This document shows positions 55,301-64,000 of a DNA stretch of 64,000 nucleotides, one piece after another. This DNA is from Eledone cirrhosa. Taxonomy: Eukaryota. The position numbers and the translations under genes were made by a program. Every line of letters starts with the position of its first letter. Within the stretch, counting starts at the first letter, position 1. The DNA lies in the NCBI GenBank assembly GCA_964016885.1, contig OZ024750.1:29140001-29204000 (forward strand), in the 5' to 3' direction. The notes below the pieces were generated by a model. That model saw only the letters and a list, made by a program, of their open reading frames with translations, was not told the origin of the DNA and ran no database searches.

Positions 55301-58300
55301 TCTATACAGTATCTCAAGGTGATAATTATAGTAACCAAGCCTCAACATAGTAGTTCAAGCTGTTACTAATAGCAACCAACCCTCTACACAGTAGCTCAAG
55401 CTGGTTATTATAGCAGCCAACCAAATTTTCCTAATCACACATCATATTCTTTTAACTCTTAACATCCTGTAATGGTTTAGCAGAGAATATCTAAAACCTT
55501 GTTAATTCAAATATTTGTAGTGTCTTTCTTTACTAATGGGCAGATCATTGTGAAAATTTGTAATATTGCAGTAAGGATTTTAATGTTTAATGTGATGCAG
55601 TCACAGTGTTGATTTATACTTTTCATGAAGGTTTTTGCTAATGTGGCTTCATGTGGTACAAGATGTTAAGAGTTAAACAACGATCACATTGAATCTGGAT
55701 ATAAAGATGGGAAAGTCATGGCTGGAACATGTAGCATATTTGAGCTGATGCAGGGTAGGGCAGTGAAATAAACAAGAACTTATCCAAATTCATTCAGTTA
55801 GTTCTAATGAAATACTACAGCATGGTGAGTAGGGCTCCACCCCTGACATGACCAAAATCAAACAAAGTGGTGAAGGTCAACCGAAATGGGGGGGGGGGTT
55901 CTCCAACAAGAGTGAGAAGGCCCTTGTCTGTATTGGACACTACTTATATGTTTCAATTAATTTTGAAAATAACTAAAAATTTGGAAAATTTTAATAAAAT
56001 AAATAAGTTTTTCATTTGTAAGCCGATATCCAGAACATTACTTAATGAAAATTTCTAAAAACTTATGATAGAAGGTTATAATATAAATAAATATAAACAT
56101 TTTAAAGTGAGGAGTTTTGTATCATAAATTCAGGGTGGTTTCAGGAGGTTTGGTAAGAAAGAGTTAAAGGGACTATGGGCACTACACTACCTCTTTAGAA
56201 TAAAGAAATAAACAAGAACATTTAGCATTTACATTAATCAATATTTACTATTGTATTTTCACAGTAATAGCTTTACCTCACATAATATCAAAGCTATGAG
56301 ATTTTGATATTATTCATTTTGAGAACAATACCTTAACATCAGTATGAACGGCCGATTACGGCTGGTTTGAACAGAAAGAGGTGAGAGAAATCTGGCCAGA
56401 TACGGCCAGATTAAATGCTAAAGGTTTAAGAAGGATAGGAACAACATGAAGGGTGTATCACTTACCTTTCTTATTATACATAGCTGCCACATCTAGAGGA
56501 GTAGCTGAAACTTTATTAATCATCTGTATATTAGCTCCAGCCTGAAGTAAATCAATAAAAGAAGAAAATATATCTTATTTTGATTTTCTTAGCTCCAATG
56601 GTCACAACAACAATAACACAGCCTACAATTATTTACTCATGTGATCATGTCTTTTATAGAATACCTCATATATCACCTCCCTAAACCAACACCAAAATTA
56701 AAACTAAACTACAAGAGATATATCATATCTTATAAAGATCCCATAACTCCTCGGAGACGTAGAGACACCATCATACGGCATGTCTAGGTCACATTTAAAC
56801 CTGGCGGAGCCCAACCCTTGCCAGGTCTGAACGCAGCCGATTTTTGCTGTAGAGGAAGAATTGAACCCAGTACTAGACTGGTACTTTCTTTTATCGACCT
56901 CGAAAGGATGAAAGGCAAAGTTGACCATGGCGGGATTTGAACTCAGAGCACGCAATGAGGTGGGATGATACCGTAAAGTATTCTATTCAACATATTAACA
57001 ACTTTGCCAATTTGTTTTATACCATATATCTTAAAAAAACAGCAAATTAAAAAAAACAACATCCACATAGAAAACCAACGCTCATCACAAACAAACTTTT
57101 CTAAAGGGCAGAAAATAGTGTGTTTTATTAAAAGGTTACAGCAATACAAATGAGACATTAAATGTTAAAAATAATGATAAAGATGTTGGAATGTTACCTT
57201 GGGGTTATTTAATAGTCTTTAATATTTCAGGAAAAAATACCTTTGTCAAAAGAAGAGTTGAGTAAACTAATTTGGAACAGGATCTCGTGCGCTGACATTT
57301 TTTAACATGAAAATGGTGATTTTTATCCTGAAATATTAAGGACTGTTAAAAAAACTCCAAGACAACATTCCAACATCTTTGTTATTATATTTTAAACATT
57401 TAATGTCACATCTGTAATGCTGTAGCATTCTAATAAACCACACTATTTTCTACACTTGATACAATATTTCAAGAAGACAACAGTAGCCTTTTACTATAGT
57501 GACTTCATAGTGTTATTTTACGAGAGATTGTAACGTGGATTAGTGAAGCAGTTACCGTTAAAAGTTTCAGCATAACTAAAACTCTGTTATCACAGTCACA
57601 TTGGCAAGCAATATGGAGGGGTGTGTTACCATCACTGTTCTGAATGTTCACCTGAAATTCAAAGAATTCAAAGACATTACTGTAGTAGATTCATAGCAAC
57701 AACCAAACAGACATTTATAGGGGAGAAGTAAAAGTGACAGAAGGAGAAGAAAAAGGAAAGGAACTAATTTTTAGATTGGACCAAGGAAACCGTTTCCATT
57801 GGTCTTTCCATTGCTGTTATTATCCGCTGGTTGCAACTCCTGGCAAAATGAATCAATTGTCGGATCAGACCAAGGAAACAATGTTTCCATTGGTCTTTCC
57901 ATTGTTGATAATAACTTCTGGCTGTAACTCCTGGCCAAAGAAAGGAGCTGATTGTTAGATCGGACCAAGGAAACAATGTTTCCATTGGTCTTTCCATTGT
58001 TGATACTAACTATTGGTTGCAACTCTTGGCAGAAGGAGAAGCAAGAAATAATGTATTTTACTCAAGAACACAACATGCTGCTTGGTCCAGGAATTGAACT
58101 CGTAACCAAACATACTAACCCCTGGGCTACACACCTTCACTAAACCAACAAGCCCCCCCCCCCCCCACCTTCCCTGCCCAGTTCACCACCAACACCTAAT
58201 TCGTTGGGTGCTTTTAGGGAATCTACAGTATTGCAAACATTGAAACCAGGTGTTCAGCCTGAGAATAACTCAATGTTTTGGTGCACAGTTGCATATTGCA

Positions 58301-59291
58301 TGTTACCTTGCACAGTGCCGCTGTTTGTTAGGAGATACAGGAATGGTCTCTTAGAGAAATTTTGCAAGGAAGAACAAAACTGCTTTTGGACCCCTATGGG
58401 TGGAGGTGGGGTGAAGAGCTCTCAAAATTCAAGGAAGCTGAAAGTTATTTTGGGGGTTTTTGTTTTAATAAAGATGGCATAAGATATGAACAATATTCAC
58501 GGGTCCCTCCTTAACCTTCTATCTTCCAGACCAATGGCATTGGTTGAATGTTCCTCTTATAGGATTTGGGTACAGGTGGAAGTAGTTATTCAGCAGAGAC
58601 CCGCTCTGCCAGATTAGACGAAAAGCATCCAGTCCACACTGTAAAGTGATCGTGTAGGTGACACGACAAAAAAAAAAAGCACCCAGTCCAAATGGTAAAG
58701 TGGTTGTGTAGGCGACATGACAAAAAGCACCCAGACTACACTGTAAATGACGTTGACGTTAAGAAGGGCATCCAGCTGTAGAAATCAAGCCAAAATCAGT
58801 TCTGTATGTGCAAGACACGGTCACCTGACCTAGCATTGTCCACAACAGGACAACTCGTTTAACTCATGCTAGGGTGGAAAAAAATGGACGTGAAATGATG
58901 ATGATGATGATGATACTACTTACTTTACTTCCATTTTGTAGTAAAAGTTCCATCAAATCAGCTCGGCCACAAAACACAGCCATGTGAAGGGCAGTGTTTC
59001 TGAAAGGGAAACAATAGGAATTTATTACAGATAAGAATCAACTGAAAGTTCTGTGAATAAATACTTCAATTGTGTACATCTCTAAAGCATCAATTGAAAT
59101 TTGGTAGCATGTGGCTCAGTGCGTGTGTATGCGCGTTTGGGTATATGCTGTGCGTTTAGGTAGATGAGTGTATGTGTGTGTATCTAAGTGCCAGTGTGTG
59201 TGTGTCTAAGTGCATTCATGTGTATGGAAGTACGTGCATGTGTGTCTAAGTGCATGCACGCCTAAGTGCGTGCGTGTGTGTAATTGTGTGT

Positions 59292-59350
<59 letters not shown>

Positions 59351-62048
59351 TGTGTGTGTATGGCCAACTCTACTGGTAACACCAATCCATTGCTCTAGTA
59401 CCAATAACAAGTCCACTTGGTATCTATGGTAATGAACAACAACGCAGTGAAGACATTTTAATTTGATTCAGAAAATTGAGAAGTAAAAAAGAAACACTGT
59501 AAGGCATTGAATCCATAATTCTACTGTTTCTGGAATTATACCATTTTATACCACTCCACCATCTCTACCACCATCACACCATTTTATACCCCTCCACCAG
59601 CATACCATTTTATACCACTCCACCATCTCTACCACCATCACACCATTTTATACCCCTCCACCAGCATACCATTTTATACCACTCCACCATCTCTACCACC
59701 ATCACACCATTTTATACCCCTCCACCAGCATACCATTTTATACCACTCCACCATCTCTACCACCATCACACCATTTTATACCCCTCCACCAGCATACCAT
59801 TTTATACCACTCCACCATCTCTACCACCATCACACCATTTTATACCCCTCCACCAGCATACCATTTTATACCACTCCACCATCTCTACCACCATCACACC
59901 ATTTTATACCCCTCCACCAGCATACCATTTTATACCACTCCACCATCTCTACCACCATTATACCATTTTATACCATTCTACCATCTCCACCACCATTATA
60001 CCATTTTATACCACTCCACCACCATCATACCATTTTATACCACTCCATCTCCACCATACCATTGTATACCACTCAACCACCATCATACCATTTTATACCA
60101 CTCCACCACCATCATACCATTTTATACCACTCCACCACCACCATACCATCTTATACCACTCCATTCCCATCATCATACCACAACATCTACCACTACAACC
60201 ACCACCACCACCTACCACTCCACCAATACTATTAACACAACAACAACATAAGCAACAACAACAATTTAATCAAAGAAGTATTGAAAGTGAGACTGTTTTA
60301 GACTAACACCTAAGACATTGGAAAATGTAAATAATTGTTTTAGATGGGAAATATGTAGGCAAAGATATTATCTTCGAGATAGATATATAATCTCTACCTC
60401 TTTCTCCCTGTGTCTCTCTCCTTGTCTACCTATCTCCATGTCTTTACCTCTCTCCACCTCTTTCTCTCTCCCTGTCTCTCTACCTCTCTCCCTGTCTCTC
60501 TACCTACCTCTTTCTCTCTCCCTGTCTCTACATGGAATAACACATTTTTACCAATTTCTAGTAATGCTTATTTCCTTCTACTTATTTTTCCTTTCTTATT
60601 CTTTCTTTGATTTTAATTTCAAATGAAATAAGTTACTGCCATTTTCAGAAGAACGAATTTAGAAGGAGAGAAAAAGATAAAATACAAATAAAAAAATATA
60701 AATAAAATAAACTACAAATAAAATTAAAAAACTACAAAAAAACAAAACAAAAAAAAACTACAAATAAAATAAAAACTACAAATAAAATAAAGAAAGTTAC
60801 AAATAAAATAAAGGAAACTACAAATAAAATTTAAAAAAACTGCAAAAAAAAAAAAATGCAAATAAATAACTACAAATAAAAGCAATTGTTTCATTATTGG
60901 CCACAAGGGCCTACATATAGGGGACGATACAAAGACAAAGACAGTGGGGTTTACAAGCAATTGAATAAAAAGCTAAGGTAACAATACAAATATAACAATA
61001 CAAATTCCCTAATGGGGGGGGGGGGGGAGAACCACCTAGGTGCAACTCAGAAACCCCATCAATCCTGAACCACCCTACGCTCTAAGAGCACCCAAGGAGG
61101 GCATCTCTCTCCCCTTCAAAATCAACCAGCCTACAGGTGCATGCTCAGAGTAGGCCCATTCACATGGGCCATTCTTGCAACATTCCTCCCACCTTTTAAC
61201 AAAGTGAAACTTGGAATAAAATAAAACAAAGAAATAAATACAAAACAAAAAAAAATAAAAAATAAAAAAATAAAATAAAATAAAATAAAATATTAAATAA
61301 AAAAAAATGAAATAAAATATAAATAAAATAAAATATAAAAAAAAATATAAATTGCTTTTTACTAATCATAACTAATTTAGTTTGCTGAGAGCAACGAAGA
61401 AGAAATTTGAAAGAAATCAATAACTTTAAGATTAGAAATAATAAGAATCTTCTATTTGAGAAACTCCGGCTATATTGAGACTAAATAGAATATTTTAAGA
61501 AAATTGCAACAGAAAATTACTTTCATCAGACTTTTACAGTTCCAAGATGAACGATTGAGACGGAATCAATATGTTTAATTTTCAAACTGTTTGTTTGGAT
61601 TCTTCTATACCCTTCTTACCATTCTCTCTCCTGTTCAGATGATGGTGGCTTTAATTGCTCTCTCTTTGTCTTCCAACTACAGCACAATTTCCATGTCTCG
61701 TGTGCGTGTACGTGTGTATGTATGTGCGTTGAATGAACCACCTATTATATATATATTTGTGTATAGTGGTAGCTATGGTGCTTCTGTAGGCGGTATGCCA
61801 AAATTACCACTCGATATTCAGAGTAGAGTGTAGGAATTATAAAAAAAACCCCGAAAAATCAGTGATGCATCTGGACTTAGTTTATTTTGTGCTACAAATG
61901 TTTCGCCGGCATGTAGCTAGAGTCCAGATGCATCACTGATTTTTCGTTTTTTTTATTTATATATATATATAGATATATATATATATATATATATATATAG
62001 ATAGATAGATATATATATATATACATACACATATATATATATATACAT

Positions 62049-62100
<52 letters not shown>

Positions 62101-63870
62101 CATTGAATAATGGTCTAACAAGTTTAATACTGGTTTAAACCTTATATATATCTAGGGCAGGTAAAATTCCAGAGATCCATCGATGAGTTCTCCCCACCAG
62201 TTTCTGTCAATCATCATCGTCACTATGTCCAACATCTACCAGAGACCAGTGTCTGCCCTTAGGGCACCAACATATGTCATCCTTGGTCTCCCTCTTCTAG
62301 TGTGTCCGTGTAGGGACTCGCACAGGATCTCTGAGTGTAGTGTCAACTCTATGTCGGTGAGCATGTCCAGCTAACTTCAGTCTCTTTTGTGTCATTTTTG
62401 AGCTGTCTTTTGGAAGGCTCCCATACAGCTCTGAGTTCTTCGTCCTCAGCATCCCCGTCTAGCACTCATCCACCATCTGAGTGAGTCTCTTGTGAGACTC
62501 CATGATAGTGATGAAGAGACAGATCATCAGGTCTTTACGAAGGTCTGACTGCCACACTGACCTCAAACTGTGACATGTCGCCCAGGCTTTGCTCTTTCTC
62601 CCCACTACATCATCCTCTGTGTTCCCAATCTTTACTCCCAGATACAGTAAGTCCTCAACCAACTCTAGTGGTTTCCTGCCCACATTTATAATCTTCTCCG
62701 ACTCTTTGATGTTCTCTACCAGATACTTCGTCATACTCTCATTCATTCTCAGCGCCACACCCATTGACACAGTCTCCACCTCGCGCATCAACTCCTCTGC
62801 CTCCTTCACTGTTTGTCACCAGAGCTATATCATCAGCAAATTCAACATCTGATATCTTTTTAGCCTTAACTCTCCTGCTCTGAGCCAGTGTTACAGTAAA
62901 GCCCGAGTCCTGGTGTTTCTCCGGTGCAAGGTGCATACAATAGTTGACTACAATGATGAAAAGGTAGGGAGCCAATGTATCGCTCTGGAGCACTCCAGAC
63001 AGTATCTCAAAGAGCTTCGTCATCCTGTCAGGTGTAATGACTTGGGCTCGGGTGTTGGTGTAAAGCAGTGATATCAGGCTAAGAAAACTCTTTAAATGTG
63101 TCAGACATCTAGTGTTAGTGATCTACTCTAGTGTTAGTGATCTACATGATAAACACACTCTGTAAAGCAGTTGGTGAGAGGAAGGGCAAGCTGCCATCAT
63201 AGGATAGGAAAGGTTGAGTTGACCTCAGTTGTGCCAGTGGTACAACAACCTCCCTAGTGTTGGTGATCTAAAGGATAAACACACCCAGTACAGTGGTTGG
63301 TGATAGGAAGGGCATCCAGCTGTGAAACATCAAAGAAAAGGGTCAGGAGGACTCCTCAGTTGTGTTATAGACATGATACCCCCCTCCCCCCTAGTGTTGG
63401 TGATCTACACTATAAATATACCCAGTACACTCTGCCAAACAAAGGGTTAGGAGAATTTCTGTTTCAAAGACATAAATTCCCCAGTGTTGATGCCATGATA
63501 TAGCGATTTACAGCATTTCTTGGGCACTTTAAACTTGGCGGAGCTCATCCCTTCTCCACATCTGAATATTTCTGACTTCTTCCAGAAAAAGAGAGAAAGA
63601 TATAGAGAAAGAATTGTTCCAGTATTTGACTGGTACTTTTTTTTTTTTTTTTTTTTTAAATCGACCTCAAAAGGATGAAAGGCAAAGTTGACCTTGGTGG
63701 GATTTGAACTCAGAGCACAAAACTGGAACAAATACCACAATGCCTTCTATCCATTATTCTAACAAGTTTGCCAATGTAAAGATGTCCACAATTCATTACT
63801 TACCCTTTGAAATCTTGTTCATTGGGATCAGCAAATGAAGCAAGTAACAACTGGCTGATTTCTTTTAATT
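21887..63870 (-). CDS. Multi-exon gene (5'-incomplete): ankyrin-repeat + discoidin-like + SAM-like protein with Caskin-like tail
   Basis: 18 exons with GT-AG sites and matching phases give one open frame of 1745 nt: 63804-63870, 58924-58999, 57556-57651, 56466-56541, 54999-55185, 52812-52878, 49300-49366, 48430-48513, 47388-47486, 45947-46049, 36511-36564, 34435-34502, 32101-32345, 29807-29867, 27682-27798, 26147-26242, 23715-23792, 21887-21990. Confidence 0.9.
22043..22321. repeat. (GA)n/(GAGAA)n purine tract
   Basis: Directly visible. It forms a long pyrimidine tract on the transcribed (-) strand about 50 nt upstream of the last acceptor. Confidence 0.92.
22910..23200 (+). mobile_element. 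Non-LTR retrotransposon fragment with restriction-like endonuclease (R4/Dong/NeSL-type) C-terminus
   Basis: ISCPADAN...[30 protein letters not shown] resembles the post-PD..D RLE motif (EK..KY..L ... P.VIG.LG). Confidence 0.65.
23715..23792 (-). CDS. ANK/discoidin/SAM gene exon
   Basis: tttgcag| ... |gtatgt. Translates (S)[25 protein letters not shown]. Confidence 0.85.
24135..25745. repeat. 27-bp AT-rich minisatellite (~55-60 copies) grading into TA-length variants
   Basis: Unit catatagtatatatactgtactttata. The 368-aa [12 protein letters not shown] is an artefact. Confidence 0.95.
26147..26242 (-). CDS. ANK/discoidin/SAM gene exon
   Basis: cactacag| ... |gtaagt. Translates (G)[31 protein letters not shown]. 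Confidence 0.87.
26275..26970. repeat. 27/30-bp minisatellite
   Basis: Unit agaggtgaacaca(tca)acagagta(c/t)t(g/a)tag, about 24 copies, starting ~30 bp from an acceptor. Confidence 0.93.
27682..27798 (-). CDS. ANK/discoidin/SAM gene exon
   Basis: ttctgtag| ... |gtaagt. Translates (E)[38 protein letters not shown]. Confidence 0.88.
28460..28780 (-). mobile_element. L1/Tx1-like LINE 3' fragment
   Basis: The minus strand gives ...[30 protein letters not shown] followed by a C-rich UTR. Related fragment at about 60885-61200. Confidence 0.55.
29807..29867 (-). CDS. ANK/discoidin/SAM gene exon (end of SAM-like domain)
   Basis: ttgttgtag| ... |gttaat. Translates [20 protein letters not shown]. Confidence 0.82.
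30397..31405. repeat. Highly homogeneous 48-bp minisatellite, about 21 copies
   Basis: Unit tgtacaacttcagctacctcccttataccctatgaaagggttaacttc. Confidence 0.96.
31780..31937 (-). mobile_element. pogo/Tigger-like transposon end
   Basis: The minus strand begins TA|CAGAGAAACCCCGG, resembling Tigger TIRs. The partner end was not found. Confidence 0.45.
32101..32345 (-). CDS. ANK/discoidin/SAM gene exon (end of discoidin-like domain plus SAM-like domain)
   Basis: aacttcag| ... |gtaagt. Translates (G)[81 protein letters not shown]. Confidence 0.92.
32430..32820. repeat. 23-bp minisatellite, about 16 copies
   Basis: Unit gacagataaggtactg(t/c)acattc. Confidence 0.94.
33000..33340 (-). mobile_element. 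RTE-like LINE 3' fragment
   Basis: [23 protein letters not shown]...[16 protein letters not shown]. Confidence 0.8.
33595..33808. mobile_element. piggyBac-type MITE, opposite orientation
   Basis: ttaaccc...taaatgctaaagggttaa. Same body as 10935-11150. Confidence 0.85.
33911..34402. mobile_element. Tc1/mariner-superfamily (Tc2-like) MITE with TA TSD
   Basis: TA|CTGTATATACTTGTATATAAGCTG ... CAGCTTATATTCAAGTATATACAG|TA terminal inverted repeats. Confidence 0.82.
34435..34502 (-). CDS. ANK/discoidin/SAM gene exon
   Basis: tttcacag| ... |gtaagt. Translates (E)[22 protein letters not shown]. Confidence 0.88.
34765..35072 (+). mobile_element. CORE-type SINE
   Basis: Same family as 2600-2938, in + orientation. 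Confidence 0.9.
35185..35362. repeat. 17-bp minisatellite
   Basis: Unit gtgaacaatgtgataca. Confidence 0.85.
35593..36460. repeat. 32/34-bp minisatellite, about 25 copies
   Basis: Unit cttatgacatgcagggatgtcgtgtatcttgt(gt). Confidence 0.94.
36511..36564 (-). CDS. ANK/discoidin/SAM gene exon
   Basis: tttttcag| ... |gtaagt. Translates (W)[17 protein letters not shown]. Confidence 0.87.
36780..37153 (-). mobile_element. CORE-type SINE with a third, longer GC-rich body
   Basis: Same tRNA head and core, then GAGTTGCGACGTCACTGGTG...GGAGAGGGGAAGCTGG...GGACTTGTGCCTCGGAGGGGAAAC. Related copy at 48140-48358. Confidence 0.8.
39265..39610 (-). mobile_element. RTE-like LINE 3' fragment
   Basis: [21 protein letters not shown]...[12 protein letters not shown]. 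Homologous to 33000-33340. Confidence 0.78.
41985..42763. mobile_element. hAT-type MITE (same family as 10330-10660) with nested CORE-SINE (42168-42620)
   Basis: TIRs ctgaggttctcaaa / tttgagaagcttcg. 8-bp TSD AGTTATAG at 41977-41984 and 42764-42771. Confidence 0.88.
43838..43988. repeat. ~30-bp minisatellite, 5 copies
   Basis: Unit gagagcttctctgcagctgctcaacctggt. Confidence 0.85.
44313..45220. repeat. 29-31-bp minisatellite, about 30 copies
   Basis: Unit tcacaaaccgagtcagtaccgagac(ac)atct. Confidence 0.94.
45947..46049 (-). CDS. ANK/discoidin/SAM gene exon (discoidin-like domain)
   Basis: ttgtttag| ... |gtatgt. Translates (N)[33 protein letters not shown]; W..LDL.....ITGI...G is the F5/8C signature. 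Confidence 0.92.
47388..47486 (-). CDS. ANK/discoidin/SAM gene exon
   Basis: ttctgctag| ... |gtaagt. Translates (K)[32 protein letters not shown]. Confidence 0.87.
48430..48513 (-). CDS. ANK/discoidin/SAM gene exon (linker)
   Basis: tgtttcag| ... |gtaagt. Translates (E)[27 protein letters not shown]. Confidence 0.83.
48650..48872. repeat. 16-bp minisatellite
   Basis: Unit tatatgtaag(c/t)(g/a)tgta. Confidence 0.9.
49300..49366 (-). CDS. ANK/discoidin/SAM gene exon (end of last ankyrin repeat)
   Basis: tatttcag| ... |gtaagt. Translates [22 protein letters not shown], completing GE|TPL. Confidence 0.88.
49514..49852 (-). mobile_element. CORE-type SINE, full length
   Basis: Near-identical to 2600-2938. 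Confidence 0.9.
50826..51935 (+). mobile_element. 5'-truncated RTE-like LINE (RT C-half, Cys/His finger, 3' UTR, (GAT)n tail)
   Basis: [44 protein letters not shown] and [10 protein letters not shown] motifs with a few frameshifts or stops. Inserted next to (TA)n. Confidence 0.93.
52117..52359. repeat. Foldback inverted repeat (~85-bp arms) with degenerate hammerhead core
   Basis: attaaaatatattatcaaatacaatttcacatcaa... pairs with ...ttgatgtgaaattgtatttggtaatatattttaat. Core CTAATGA..GAAA CAATTG TA. Confidence 0.8.
52812..52878 (-). CDS. Ankyrin-repeat exon
   Basis: ttttacag| ... |gtaaat. Translates (R)[22 protein letters not shown]. Confidence 0.92.
54999..55185 (-). CDS. Ankyrin-repeat exon
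   Basis: acttctag| ... |gtgagg. Translates (D)[61 protein letters not shown]. Confidence 0.93.
56466..56541 (-). CDS. Ankyrin-repeat exon
   Basis: tacttcag| ... |gtaagt. Translates [25 protein letters not shown]. Confidence 0.92.
57110..57451. repeat. Foldback inverted repeat (~130-bp imperfect arms)
   Basis: agaaaatagtgtg...taatatttcagga pairs with tcctgaaatattaa...cacactattttct. A related arm lies at 47200-47311. Confidence 0.82.
57556..57651 (-). CDS. Ankyrin-repeat exon
   Basis: aatttcag| ... |gtaact. Translates [32 protein letters not shown]. Confidence 0.93.
57773..58140 (-). mobile_element. CORE-type SINE (subfamily of 3801-4018) with triplicated tail
   Basis: Three ~90-bp copies of gaccaaggaaacaatgtttccattggtctttcc...gcaactcctggc, followed by core and tRNA-head remnants. 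Confidence 0.7.
58924..58999 (-). CDS. Ankyrin-repeat exon
   Basis: cctttcag| ... |gtaagt. Translates (G)[25 protein letters not shown]. Confidence 0.94.
59538..60180. repeat. 64-bp dimeric C-rich minisatellite decaying into (CAC)n
   Basis: Unit taccattttataccactccaccatctctaccaccatcacaccattttatacccctccaccagca. Confidence 0.92.
62150..63090 (-). mobile_element. Decayed RTE-like LINE (RT C-half), a different family from 50826-51935
   Basis: [27 protein letters not shown] and LLYLG motifs with frameshifts. Confidence 0.88.
63804..63870 (-). CDS. Ankyrin-repeat exon (most 5' exon visible)
   Basis: aatttcag| ... |gtaagt. Translates [22 protein letters not shown], joining phase 2 to NTALH. Confidence 0.9.
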
Positions 63871-64000
63871 CTGAAATTACAACAAAAATAATATATTCTA
63901 TTTTGTTTTATTTTATTTTACAATTCATTTTATTTTCTGTCAAATCTTTTGTCAATTTAAAATATTTGTAGACAAGTGTGTATCCAGAGACCATATGTAT

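Noticed and set aside
21887-63870. Assigning the symbol CASKIN or ANKS1 to the - strand gene
   Set aside because: No SH3 or PTB domain is visible, there is only one SAM-like domain, and there is an extra discoidin-like domain. Orthology cannot be established from the sequence alone.

Overview
AT-rich, repeat-dense animal genomic DNA. The SINE families and (TA)n load suggest an octopod cephalopod, but this is inference. Two spliced genes converge. On the + strand are the last two coding exons of the 26S proteasome subunit PSMD6/Rpn7 (680-1041). On the - strand are 18 hand-assembled exons (63870->21887, 1745 nt, about 580 aa; the 5' end lies outside the window) of a protein with ankyrin repeats, a discoidin/F5-8C-like domain, a SAM-like domain, a probable beta-sandwich region and a Caskin-like acidic C-terminal helix. 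Almost all ORFs in the supplied track are microsatellite, minisatellite or transposon artefacts. The rest of the window is transposon and repeat sequence: tRNA-headed CORE-type and Meta/MESC-type SINEs, RTE-, CR1/L2-, Tx1- and RLE-type LINE fragments, piggyBac-, hAT- and Tc1/mariner-type MITEs, a 5S rRNA pseudogene, and many private minisatellites. The most unusual signal is a set of foldback (inverted-repeat) elements, several carrying minimal hammerhead-ribozyme cores, probably Penelope-like remnants. All family calls come from motif recognition, not database searches.
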